A stretch of 64,000 nucleotides of DNA, taken from contig OZ024752.1 of NCBI GenBank assembly GCA_964016885.1, forward strand, positions 36,208,001-36,272,000. The letters are read 5' to 3'. Under the pieces are notes generated by a model. It searched no databases. It had not been told where the DNA came from and saw only the letters and a list, made by a program, of their open reading frames with translations. This document shows, in pieces, positions 36,072 to 49,500 of the stretch. The translations under genes and the position numbers were made by a program. The number at the start of each line of letters is the position of its first letter. Within the stretch, counting starts at the first letter, position 1. Source of the DNA: Eledone cirrhosa (Eukaryota).

Positions 36072-37050
36072 GGTAACTACAGGTGTGTATATGGCAGGAG
36101 CTCCTCCAATCCTTTTCATAATGATAGCTCAGCCACAACAGGATTTGAACTCACAAAGTAACTACAGGTGTGTATATGGCAGGGACTTCAATCCTTTTCA
36201 TAATGACAGCTCAGCCACAACAGGATTTGAACTCACAAAGTAACTACAGGTGTGTATATGGCAGGGACTTCAATCCTTTTCATAATGATAGCTCAGCCAC
36301 AACAGGATTTGAACTCACAAAGTAACTACAGGTGTGTATATGGCAGGGACTTCAATCCTTTTCATAGTGACAGCTCAGCCACAACGGGATTTGAACTCAC
36401 AAAGTAACTACAGGTGTGTATATGGCAGGGACTTCAATCCTTTTCATAATGACAGCTCAGCCACAACAGGATTTGAACTCACAAAGTAACTACAGGTGTG
36501 TATATGGCAGGGGATTCAATCCTTTTCATAATGACAGCTCAGCCACAACAGGATTTGAACTCACAAAGTAACTACAGGTGTGTATATGGCAGGGACTTCA
36601 ATCCTTTTCATAATGATAGCTCAGCCACAACAGGATTTGAACTCACAAAGTAACTACAGGTGTGTATATGGCAGGGACTTCAATCCTTTTCATAGTGACA
36701 GCTCAGCCACAACGGGATTTGAACTCACAAAGTAACTACAGGTGTGTATATGGCAGGGACTTCAATCCTTTTCATAATGACAGCTCAGCCACAACAGGAT
36801 TTGAACTCACAAAGTAACTACAGGTGTGTATATGGCAGGGGATTCAATCCTTTTCATAGTGACAGCTCAGCCACAACGGGATTTGAACTCACAAAGTAAC
36901 TACAGGTGTGTATATGGCAGGGGCTCCTCCAATCCTTTTCATAATGACAGCTCAGCCACAACAGGATTTGAACTCACAAAGTAACTACAGGTGTGTATAT
37001 GGCAGGGACTTCAATCCCCTCAGCTCAGCCACAACAGGATTTGAACTCAG
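36072..37050. repeat. Tandem repeat, 82-bp unit, ~12 copies
   Basis: GTAACTACAGGTGTGTATATGGCAGGGACTTCAATCC...GGATTTGAACTCACAAA. Confidence 0.97.
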
Positions 37051-40000
37051 AATACTACAAGCCAGAACTCAGAATACTACTGCAAGGTTTTTCATCCAGC
37101 CTGTTAAGGAACCCACTAGTTCACTGCACCCTTCCTCTCCTCTAAATTGGTACTTTAGTTATCAACCCTGAAAAGATGAAAGGCAAAAGTTGACCCAGAC
37201 AGGATTTGAACTCAGAATACTATGAAGTATATTGTTTCACCTGCTCCAGTGCTTCTGCCACTGATAGACTGACCATAGTCATGTAACGTATCAGTATGGT
37301 CAGAGAAAGCAGATATCACAGAAATCCCCCTGAAACATCAATACCATTATAACATTAAATGGAAGATGGTCAACAGAAAAAAAAAAAAGAATATTGCAGC
37401 CAAACCTGACATTTGTGTATTATTCTATGTACTATACATACACCTTTGACGAGTTGTAGTGCACCTGAGCACTTTACACAATAATTTCATAATTATTATT
37501 TTAAAACCAATACTAAATCAATGAAAGTTTCTATGATTGATCATCATAGTAATGATTCCAATGTATAATCAATCACCAAAACGAGGAATAATTATGATTT
37601 CTACACAGAATATGAACAATTTTCTTTGATATGAAAGAAAACACTATAGAAGACATTAGGACCATCATAACATACATTCTAATAGCTTAAAGTTTGTCTC
37701 AAGCCCAGAGGCTCATCAGGCCGGTGTTTGTTCTGGTTTCTATGGTGTTAAGTGACAGAGTACAAGACCCTCGCCCTTTCCCCTGGACAGGACACCAGTC
37801 CATCGCAGGGTTAAAGTCTAACTCAAACCCAAAGTCCGACTCAAACCGGTGCTTATCCTGCTTTCCATAGCATGAAGTGACTGGAAGTACAAGACTCCCC
37901 CTTTTGGACATGACACCAGTCCATTGCAGGGTTAAGCCTCCAGCTATTGCTGCTGGTACTCATTTTCAGCTGAGTATACTGGAGCAATGTGAAATGAAGT
38001 ATTTTGCTCAAGAACACAACACACAACCCAATACTGGAATCGAACCATGATGTTATGATTGTAAGTCCAACACCCTTACCACTAGGTCATGCACTTCCAC
38101 AAAACACACATTGGACAGATGTGAAAACAACAACATGAACACAGCTCAATATTTCAAAGTAACAGGAAAGATATTGTAGTGAAAATACTTGTTAATCACT
38201 GTCATACCTTGCCAAGACACTGCATCCTTCAAAACCTCCATGCTTCCTGAAATTTGCCAACATTACTCTTGATATCCCCACCTCCATACACACGCACACA
38301 TGTATATCATGACTCATACACTGTTCACTTTCCTGACATTTGTACATTATTCTATGTTCTATACATGCACCTTTGATGAGTTGTAGTGCACCTGAGCACT
38401 GTACACAATTTCATTATTACTATTATTATTATAAATGAGACCACTAAAAGAAGTGTGGTATTTCATATATTTCATCTTGCACAGTAAAATCTTGGCTCTC
38501 CAAACAAGCCCACCCCGAGGTCCTGTAAATATATAATTAGCTATACTGTCGGATGTATATCCTGAACTCAAGAATAATACTGGTGATACCATTTTCTCTT
38601 TTGTTAACTATAAGAATTAAAAGTGAATTTTATATAAAAACATAATATCAAAGTAGAGTTACTGACACTGATGCAATAATCACATCATTTGTTTTCAGTT
38701 ATCATAAGTTCCATGGGGAGGTCAGTCACTTTAAGCAGTATTAATATAATTTGGACAGAGCTAGGAAGCAGTAGAGGTCAACTCGAGAGGGGTTCCTCCA
38801 ACAGGAGTGACATGGCCCTGGACTTTGGAATAATTTTAACACATAAAAATGACCATTGACAACTGAACAGAAAATAAAGTAAGATTTTACACCATCTGAA
38901 TTGTGTAAACATTTTATCAAATGAACCACATAAAATCTCTGGAAACAAGCTTTTTATATGTAAAAATGTTCTGTATAGCTTAGCTTCTTTTACTAACAAA
39001 TCTCTTTAAACATGCTTTTTATATGTAATTATGTTCTGTGTATGGCTTGGCTTCTTTTACTAACAAGTATTTCAGCCCTTAACTTCTAAAATTACATCCT
39101 GGAGTTTATGGAAGTTCATAGGATTTGTTTAGTTTTGCATTACCAGAAAGAATGATTCATTTATACAACCCAACACCTCAAAAGGTGACAACTAAGATTT
39201 CCATATATATATATTCATTAAATGAGTAGGACACCATCTCCAAATATTCTTTCACCCCACCAAAAAAAAAAAAAAAAAAAAAAATGGCACCTCAAAAAAG
39301 ATCCTGACATGAGTGGAAAATAGAATTTTTTCCCCTCCCGAGATCAAAATATAAATCGGCTGAAGGAGACTATATCACAAAGAACAGACAAAGATATTCT
39401 CTCCGACTACATTTGTTTCTGTTTTAATCGGCTGAACATATCTCGGGAACAAATAATACATCTGTTATTACTTTCTCTCTCTAGCTCACACACACACACA
39501 CAAATTACAATAGTCTATGTCAGCTCTAGCAGCAGATATTTTGACTTTAATTTATTGTGACCTAGTTGCATCACTAAATGGTTAGCTTCTTTTAACAAAG
39601 CTGTAACTTTACCTTATTACCTACAAAAGTTTCTTTTGTAAAAAATATATTCCTGTGAAACACTAGCTGTCACCTTGTCAATCTAGAGATAATGTCTGGT
39701 ATTAATAGATACCAGTTGTCACCTTGTCAATCTAAAGACAATACGTTCAGTACTAAGTCTTCAGTACAATCAGATTTGTTCAACAACTTCCAGTAAATAT
39801 TGCTGCTTGACATATCAACATAAATCTTCCATATATATATAAATGAAAATAGAGAAATTAATGTAAGCAAGAAGCTGACAGTAATTCAGACATATAAGTG
39901 ACTATAACATCAAGATGAAAAATATTTATATATATATATATGATGGCTCTAACTTGAATGTAAACAAATCTATTCTTAAACTCAAAGGGACCCAATTCCT

Positions 40001-43000
40001 AAACCTACACTCAACACAATTCAGTTGATTTAAGCATTGCCAATAAAGCATTGTTGGTAAACTGATATGCTCAAATAAATATAAAGATACATACACACAC
40101 ATCTACATACATGAAGGGATCTTTTTACTGTTTTCATCTATGAAATTCACTGACTAAGCATTGATTGACAAGGTTATTGTAGAAGACACCTGAATGTATA
40201 CCAAACAGTGATGAAATGAATTCTAAAATGTGGTTGTATAGCCTTTCCTTCATTTCACTACACATATATAATGTCTGCAGTATGGAGACTGAAAAGACAA
40301 CAAATGAGAGTAGAACTCAATACACACACACATATATATATATATAATCATTTCTGATGATTTCATACAAATGAGAAAGTTCTTATGGATACACTCCAAC
40401 TTTCACACAATGTTCTGGATATGTAGTTCAATAAATGTATAGTTTTAAGACGTGTTGTGTGATATTTGTAAGTCGGCTTAAATGTTTGTTGTAGTGTAAT
40501 TGAAGAACTGCCATTGGAGAGTATAGTAATTCAACCACTAGACAACAACAGTATATATGTGTATGTATATGTCTCTAAATCTTTATATGTGTATGTGTGT
40601 GCAGATAGGAAATAAACACTGTATGTGTGCATTTGGTAGAAATTATTATAGATTGCATATATTAGTGTGAGCACAAATGAATGTGCTCATTATTTATGAC
40701 TAAGTCATTTAAATCAAGATATGGAAAATTTATATTGATTTGTCAGGCTTCTGCCCGTTACTGGTACCATGTAACCCAGTACAGCCTGCTTCATGGTCGA
40801 GGACTAAACTGGCTCCCTTTACTAGACTCTGGTCAGGTGAGGAAGGTAAGTGGAATCCCAGCCGCACAAAAATAAACACGAGACGTTTAAAGGATGGGTA
40901 AACTCAAGAGTCAACAACCATCCAGCAACAACTATGAGTTAAATAACCTCACCAACCAGCTATTGGCCAAGCATGGTCAGTATGGCTACACGGTAGCATG
41001 CAGGGGAGGGAGGGGGGTGAGCAACGGTGTGTTGGCTTTGGGCATCCTTTTGGGGAAAAGAACTTAATAAATTTGATTGATTGATATTAAAATCGAATAA
41101 AGGGTCTATTTCATGTTTCATCTGTGTTTATATATTCAAAATATTTTCCTTTCTCATAATATTTCTCAGTATATTGGGGCATACAATCTTGATTGTATGC
41201 CCCAAAGACTCAAGTATATTAGGCCTTACACTTGAGTCTTTGGGGCATACAATCAAGATTTTCCCCGGGGCATCACCAGAGTTCTGCACACCGCTGCAGC
41301 TACACCCCTGACATAACCAAAAACCAGACAGAGTGTTCCTCCAACAGAAGTAAAAAGGCCCTGGATTGGTTTGTATTTGATTAATGTCAGCTAATTGTTA
41401 AATCTAATTGTTTAATATCCATTATTTGGAAGACAATGTCTCTGTGGATGGCAACCAATTCACCAGATTTCTTTTTATTTTTTATTTTTTTTAAGAAAAA
41501 CTTGGTGATATAGTTTAAGACAATAGCTACAACTGGAAACTTGTTCCACAGAGATTAGCTGTCAAGAAATGTCTTCAAAGAAAACCCAATTTCATAGAGA
41601 AAACAGTTGGTGAGTGTTTGAATTGTGTACAATCTCATCTATTATTTTTAACTGTAGATTTTGAAATCTAGAAAAATATATAATGCTATAGTGCCATTCT
41701 AGCATCTATTATTGTCGACAGCATAGAATATTATTATTATTATATGAAATTGAGATGTAGAAATTATAACTAGACAAAAGAAAAACAAAAAAGATTACTA
41801 ATATAACTAATATATATTTTGTACGGGGCAATTTCAATGATAAACATAAAATATTTAGTAAATAATGAGAAATACAAACTAAAATCTAAACAGATATTAA
41901 CAACTGATCAGGAATTAAGATATTTAGAATCTGCTACCAATGAAAAAATAAAGGAGGGGGGAGACTGAAAGCACAACCTGATGATGAAAACTATATACAG
42001 AATATGTTAATAAAATTTACATAGATTATTTATTAATATACCAAGATAAATGAAAGTATATTCCCCCACCCCACACCTTAAATAAAAGTAAAGACCTCCA
42101 GTACAACACCTTAAAGCAGGGTTAAGTCGAAGAAATAGTGAAAATCAAAAAAAATGAAAAGATAATATCATAGTTAACATTGAAATTTTTTTTTTTTTTG
42201 CAAAGTCAGTCTATATAAACATTTTAACAAGTTTTCTCAGAAAATTATATTCTTTTTATTAATTCTTTTTTCTTTTTTTAAATATGAAATAAAAAAATAA
42301 ATGTTAATTTTAAAAATAAGTTAATTTTACTTTCAGTAAAACAAACTATAATGAAGTTAAAATGTAGGGACAGTTTGTGGCAGCAATTGAGAAAGGAACA
42401 ACAACAAAAAAAAAATTTAAAAGATAAGGTAATATATGTTAAATATTAGAAGAAACTTTCCTCAACAATGTTACGATGAAAAAATGTTAAATATCAAAAG
42501 CTTATTTTCATTGAGAGATAAATATTGAAGCAAATAGAAATATTAAAGGAAAGAAGAATAAAAAAATGTAAAGTGTGTGTGTGTGGGGGGGGGATCTGAA
42601 AGGACAGAAAAATAAGTAAAGAGGGGCGGGGGGGGGGGGGGGGTGAATGGTTATCAGAGGATGAGAGAAAAATAAGGGGGAAGGGAGGGAGAGGGATATC
42701 AGAGAATGAGAGAAAAATAAGTAAAAAGTGGAGGGTACCAGAAAATGAGAGAAAAAATATGTAAACGGTTGGGGTACCAGAGAATGAGAGAAAAATGCCC
42801 AAAAAAGAGATGTGGTTGAAAAGTGAGTTTGTAAAGCAATGAAAAATAATGAAAAAATAATGAAAAAATAATGAAAAAATAATGAAAATATGAACCATAT
42901 TAAAAGATATTTCGGGTGAAATATTTAGGGGTTTGTTTGTATTTTTTTATAACATCAAGAGATGTTTTAATATAAATTATTTAAAAGTTTAAATCATTTT

Positions 43001-43668
43001 TAAGTAATTTAATAATCCAGTATCTGGGAAGAGGACAATCATAAATTGTTTTTTTTCTATCTTAAAACAAATACTTACAAAAAAAAAAAAAAAAAATAGA
43101 AAACACATACACACACACACACAAAGAACATGATAAAAGAATTACTATTAATTAAATGATAAACTGATTGCTCAATTGTAGCTATCTTCTATTTTAATGA
43201 TGTTTAATAAAAACAATCAATTCCATTGTTTTTGTCTGGTTGCTTTAGGTATTGTGAACATTGAATAAAATGTCTAATTTAAATTAAATTTTGCGTAGTT
43301 TCATGTTCAAATACTTATTTTCAAATTTGTTTTTGATTATCATGTTATGGAATATGATGAAAATGAAATGATTGACAAAAAAAAAAAAAAAAAAGATGAG
43401 GGGCAGGTTAATTTTTTTTTTTTTTTTTTTATCATTTAAAAGCTAGTTAGAGAACAGAGAAAATATTTCTATGTGTAGGCAAAAACAGATTTGGTCCAAA
43501 TTCATTTGAACATCTTGCAATGAAATGGTTGAAAATCGAATTCAGAGTAAATCACATTGCAGAAAAGAGAGAAAATATACTAAGATGTCTAAAGTAAATG
43601 TTAGAAAATAAATAGCTAGATAAAGCAATAAAAAAAATCATTAGCATAGTTATCACACAGAATATTAT

Positions 43669-43670
<2 letters not shown>

Positions 43671-43743
<73 letters not shown>
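43671..43743. repeat. (TA)n microsatellite
   Basis: Pure TA run; similar runs at about 19405-19550 and 44297-44352. Confidence 0.95.
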
Positions 43744-43746
<3 letters not shown>

Positions 43747-43772
43747 GTGATGTCTGTATGTGTGTGTGTATA

Positions 43773-43804
<32 letters not shown>

Positions 43805-44286
43805 ACTTGTACCAAAACATAAGACTAAGGTAAAAAAAAAAGGGGCGGGGGGCTAAATTAAAGTAGATTCTTGCAAGATAAAATCTCAGGATTGATAATA
43901 TTTAGGGCTTAAATATCCCGTCTGTGTGTATACACACACGTGTGTGTGTATATATATATATATATAAACATGTAGACTTTCGGTTATAAATTGTTTGATA
44001 AAAAAATAATAATCAAAACAAAAAAACAACAACCAAAATAAAATTAAAAAAAAAAGATCCAACATTGTTAGCAAGATTCATTGAATATATTTTATAACTC
44101 AACACCTCTTTAAACTGTTTGAGAGAGAGGGAGGTGAGTTGGGGAGGGAGCTGGGAAGGGAGCTGGGGAGAGGGAGAGAGAGAGGAGGGGAGAGAAAAAG
44201 AGGAAATCAGGTAAATTACAGGATATTTGTAAGAAGCAGCATTATTAACAGTCACAATTGAATTGAAAAAAGAAATATATGTGTAT

Positions 44287-44355
<69 letters not shown>

Positions 44356-44781
44356 TACATACACACACACACATATATGTACATATATATATTTCTTAAA
44401 CTTGCATAGTTAACTAAGTTTTGAAACCCACAAAGTTCATTTTTTTTCAAGATTGTTCAGTGTTATAAATATGTATTCAATTATTGAAATTAATTTTTTT
44501 TTTAATCAAGGAGAGAGAGAGAAAGAGAGAGAAGAAAAAAAAAAAGAAAAATGAAATTTTGTCAGGCATCTTGTGAAATATTTCCTTTTCTTTTTTTTCC
44601 TTTTTAACACTGCTTGGTTATCATTTCTTGTTTTCTAATATACAAAAGGAAAAGAAAAAAAAAAATCAACTGTGCTACTCATCCTGATCAATAAAATAAA
44701 ATGAAACATCAATAAGATATTGGTAATTAATTAAACAGAACAGACTATATATAGGGTGGTCAAAAACAATCATCCAATTTA

Positions 44782-44827
<46 letters not shown>

Positions 44828-45082
44828 CACACACACACACACACAATACACACATATATATCCCCGCATGTGGTTGACGGCTGAGAGAAAACAGTACTCA
44901 ATACCGAAGTAGAGTTATAATATTCATTTTATAAAGGTTAAATAGCGAATCTTATTACACTTGTTTATAAACTTATAAACAGGTAAAACCCCAGAGTAAC
45001 AAGACTCATTATTAAAATGAGCCTTAATAAAATGAGTATAATTTATATATATATATCAGATGATTCTTTTTCATAAACCCTG

Positions 45083-45113
<31 letters not shown>

Positions 45114-46436
45114 CTTACTCTACAGAAATTGGCCTTGAGTCTAGTGAAAAAATAAATAAAATTACATCATGATGGTAATTCTTTTCTTTTGAGGTTTTCT
45201 TTTTTTTTTTTGCAAAGAAAATATTTGAGTAAATTTGATCATAAAGAGCTTTTTCTGTATTCTGAACATGTTGTAAGGGTATTAAGGGCCTTATTACATC
45301 ACAGTGTGATTAAGATATCCATGAGGGATATTTCATTTTAATTCTTAGCAAAAATTATTCATTATTATTAAATGCAGAATAATGCATCTTTGAATTAAAT
45401 CAAGCAAAAACAAAATAAAATAATAATAAAAAGTAATTAATTAAAAAAGAAAAAAGCTGATTTAAAGTCAAATTATAGGGAGCAGCATAAAATCAATTGT
45501 ATTCTCTAATTGAAGAAAGAAGTGGGCCTGTAAAATAGACTACGGTTTCTTGGAGCAACAATCTTTACATACATTCTGAATTTGATAAAGAAATTGAAAC
45601 AAAAGTGCAAGCAAATAGACTGGCTAACAATATATATTTTGAGTTTAAAAAAAAACAAAAAACGACAATATTATCAGCAGCAGCAACAGCTTAGCATTCA
45701 TTCATTTTTTTTTCTTTTTTTTTTCTTCTTCACAAACATTGGTGTGCAATTTTTTAACCAATATAAATACAAATTAAATCTTTGATTCATATATGTTCAC
45801 GAATTTCAAAATAGATTTTTCAGTTCTTATATTATAATAACGAAGTAGGTTTTGAAAATTGGAGCATTCAAGCATAATCTAGGAATTTTATATTTCTTTT
45901 TGTTTTTTATTATTATTATTTTTATACATCATAAATAATAACAGCCAATAATAATTCATGTTGGTCTTTTGAATCATTTGGAGAGTATGAGAGCAGAACT
46001 TGTTTTTTTTTGTTTTGTTTTGTTTTTTTGTTCATGGTGTGTGAATACAACTGTTATACTGTATATTGTGCACACAGATATATTTCTAAAATACCCTCAG
46101 ATCTTTCTCTTAATGATAGAATTAAACATAACAGATTAGGCATATCTGAAATGAATAAAAAAATTCATTTAAATTGTTTTAACTTAGATAACACAGCACC
46201 ATGTAAAAAGCGCCATGACAAGAAAATATAAATGTAACTGCAGAATCAAGATTTGTTTTAAGAAGAAAAACCTCAAGTCTGTAGCTACACATGTAGTCCA
46301 GTAGCATGGTGCTTGGTATTAACAATATGATGAGATTATACTCATTTCACGGAGCTTAAATATAAGCTTACTTTGTTTATTTTTTAACAATAAATGTAGT
46401 TAAGAAGAGATGAGAATTTAAAAGTATGTCATTTGG

Positions 46437-46562
46437 TTATACAGCAGTTGAAGTCTTTGGTCGATTTTTACCTCGACGTTGTGCCAAAGAAGAAGCTCCA
46501 ACAGGCTCCAGTGTCGTCTTTGGCTGGGAAGTAAGAGCCTTGTAAGTAGCTACCATAGCACC
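46437..46562 (-). CDS. RPS6KA: RSK last exon ([10 protein letters not shown]...[16 protein letters not shown])
   Basis: Acceptor CCAG, TAA stop at 46439-46437. Confidence 0.94.
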   Translation of the reverse strand, partial: GAMVATYKALTSQPKTTLEPVGASSLAQRRGKNRPKTSTAV

Positions 46563-49500
46563 CTGGAAAATAAATTTAAAAATTAGCAATTAGTACCCAT
46601 ATTTTTGTCAGTTAATAGCATATTCTCTTCTTATATCTGTTTAGTCAAAAAATTACATTAAAAACCTAGTATTGTAAATATAGTAAACATAGCACAATAT
46701 CTCCACTATTTACTCCACTATTTACTCCACTATTTACATGCAGCAGCTGTGCTGAAACAGCAAGCAAACAGCCACAGGAAACAAGTACCACCAATCTCTG
46801 GGAGGGCCCTGTAGAAACAGTAGACAGCTTCTGCTACCTAGGTGACCGAATTAGCAACGGAGGTGGGTGCTCAGAAAGTACAATAACTAGGGTAAGAACG
46901 GGATGGAAGAAGTTTAGGGAACTACTACCACTGCTAGCTGCAAAAGGCTTCTCCCTCAGAATGAAAGGCAGACTGTATGATGCGTGTATCCGAACAGCGA
47001 TGTTGCATGGTAGTGAGACCTGGGCGCTGAAGGTGGAAGACTTACGTAGATTAGAGAGAAACGAAGCCTGCATGCTCCGATGGATGTGTAATAGTAATAT
47101 ACGTGAACGACAAAGCATAAAGGAATTGAGAGAGAGGCTGAGCATAAGAGGAATCAAATGCTGCGTGCAGGAGAGGCGGTTACGCTGGTATGGACATGTG
47201 ATGCGTATGAAGGATGACAGCTGCATAAAAAGGTGCAGAGCACTAGAAGTTGATGGAAACCGCGGAGTGGGGAGACCCAAGATGACTTGGGATGAGGTGA
47301 TAAAAGCCGACCTTACCCAACTACACCTCTCAAAGTCAATGACACACGACCGTGACTTCTGGCGTCACGCAGTAATACAGGGTACCCGACCTCCCATGGG
47401 TACAAGCTGAAGCATATAGACAATATGCCCCCACACACCCCACCGCAAGGTGGTCGTGGAGGTGCCACGGCAAAAAAGCACCCAGCCCACACTGTAAAGT
47501 GGACGTGTAGGCGCCACGAAAAAGCACCCAGCACTCACTGTAAATGAGGTTGGTGTTAGGAAGGGCATCCAGCTGTAGAAATCAAGCCAGATCAGTTCCT
47601 GTATGAGCAAGGCATGGTCAGCCGACCAGACACTGCCCACAGCAGGACAACCCGTCTAACCCATGCTAGCGTGGAAGAACGGACGTAAAACGGTGATGAT
47701 GATGATGATGATGATGATTTACTATCAAATAATAATATTATTTATGGTCAGATCAAGCTTCTGCTTGCTACTGGTATGATGTAACCTCATATAGCCTGCT
47801 TCATGGTCGAATGGTCAGTGACTAAACCAGCTCTCCACCCAGACCCTGGTGCAGTCAGGTCAGGCTTCTACTTGGTACAATGTAACACAGTACAACCTGC
47901 CTCATGGTTGAGTGGTCGGTGAGTAAACTGATTCCCCCACCAGACCCTGGTCTGGCGAGGAGGGTAAGTGGAACTCTAGCAGCACAAAAAACAAGAGTTG
48001 TTAAAAAGGCGATGAACTCCCTCAGAGTCAACAACCATCCACCACAATTATGGATTAAATAGCCCCACCCACCTGCAGTGTGGGCATGGCACCAAAATGA
48101 CCAATACACAGTGTGGATTGAGCACTTTTTGTGGCATTCCAACACAACCATTTTATAGGTTGGGCTGAGTGCTCTTGTTGTGTCACTGTCACACCCACTT
48201 TACAATTTTTGCAGCAGCTGGGACACAAATTCATATATATATATGGAAGATATCCACTTTTAACAGTGCATACTATGAAACTACTAGTTCGATAAAGTCC
48301 AACTAAAACCATTTTATATATATGCGAGAGAGAGAGAGAGACTTACAATAAATAGAAACAAAAAAATTATTGATCCATATAATCAGAACATAACTAAACA
48401 ACAGTTACTAATGAGTGGATGTATCAATGAAGATTTAATTACCTTGACGAGACTGGCATCTTGAAGAGTTAATTTAATATTTGATGGTAATGATCCTCTG
48501 TCTTGAATCCATTTGCTTTTTAAAACTTCTGATGCAGTCAGGCGACTATGAGGATCGACGTGTAACATTTTCTGGACCAAATCCTACAATATCAAGTTTT
48601 AGGAAATTCACATTGAATAAGGTAACTGAATAAACATTGTAAAAATTAATCTGAGAACTGAGAGAAAGAAAATAGAAATGTTTGAACGCATCAAAAGTAA
48701 TAAAGTGAAACTTCATATTAGAAAAAGAAAACAACTATCTTGAATAATCTCTTGCCTCGGCCACCACCGTTTTCATAATCATGGAGGAGAAGAAGTCAAT
48801 TTAATTGACTGTATTTCATTACAAATGCGGTAATGAAAGGGATAATAATTGTTTCTACTTTAGGCACAAGGCCAGCAATTTGAAGGAGAGAGGAGAAAGT
48901 CGAGTAAATTGACCCCAGTGCATAACTGGTGCTTTATTTGTAGATCCCGTAAGGATGAAAGGCAAATCTAACCTTGACGGGATTTGAACTCAGAACACAA
49001 AGGGCTGTAACTCTATGCTGCAAAGCATGTTGTCCAGTGCTCTATCGATTCTGCCAAATTATTAAGATATATTAAATGTAACTTACTTTAGCAGCATCCG
49101 AAACACAATCCCAGTTGCCTTCTGTTAATTTAATTTTTCCACCACCAATTCTGGCTAAAATATCACTAGGGGTATCATTTGGACCATTAGCATATGGTGT
49201 TTGACTGAAAAAGGGATAGTTATAGTTGTTATATGACACAAGAGCAGCAACACAATATGGCATTAAATTAACATGTAAACAGCTATAGATTTATTTATTT
49301 ATATATATATATATATTATGTTGGCACCACAACATCCAGTCCGAAACAAATGAGGTCGTGTAGGTGTCACGACAAAAAAAAACACAGTCCAAGCTGTAAT
49401 GTGGCCGTGTAGGTAACACGGTAAAAAGTTCCCAGTTCCACACTGTAAATGTGGTTGGTGTTAGGAAGGGCATCCAGCCGTAGAAAACCCGCCAGACAGT

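Noticed and set aside
42580-42800. G-run / G-quadruplex candidate with a degenerate ~40-bp repeat
   Set aside because: Low-complexity sequence and homopolymer lengths are unreliable; no supporting evidence of function.
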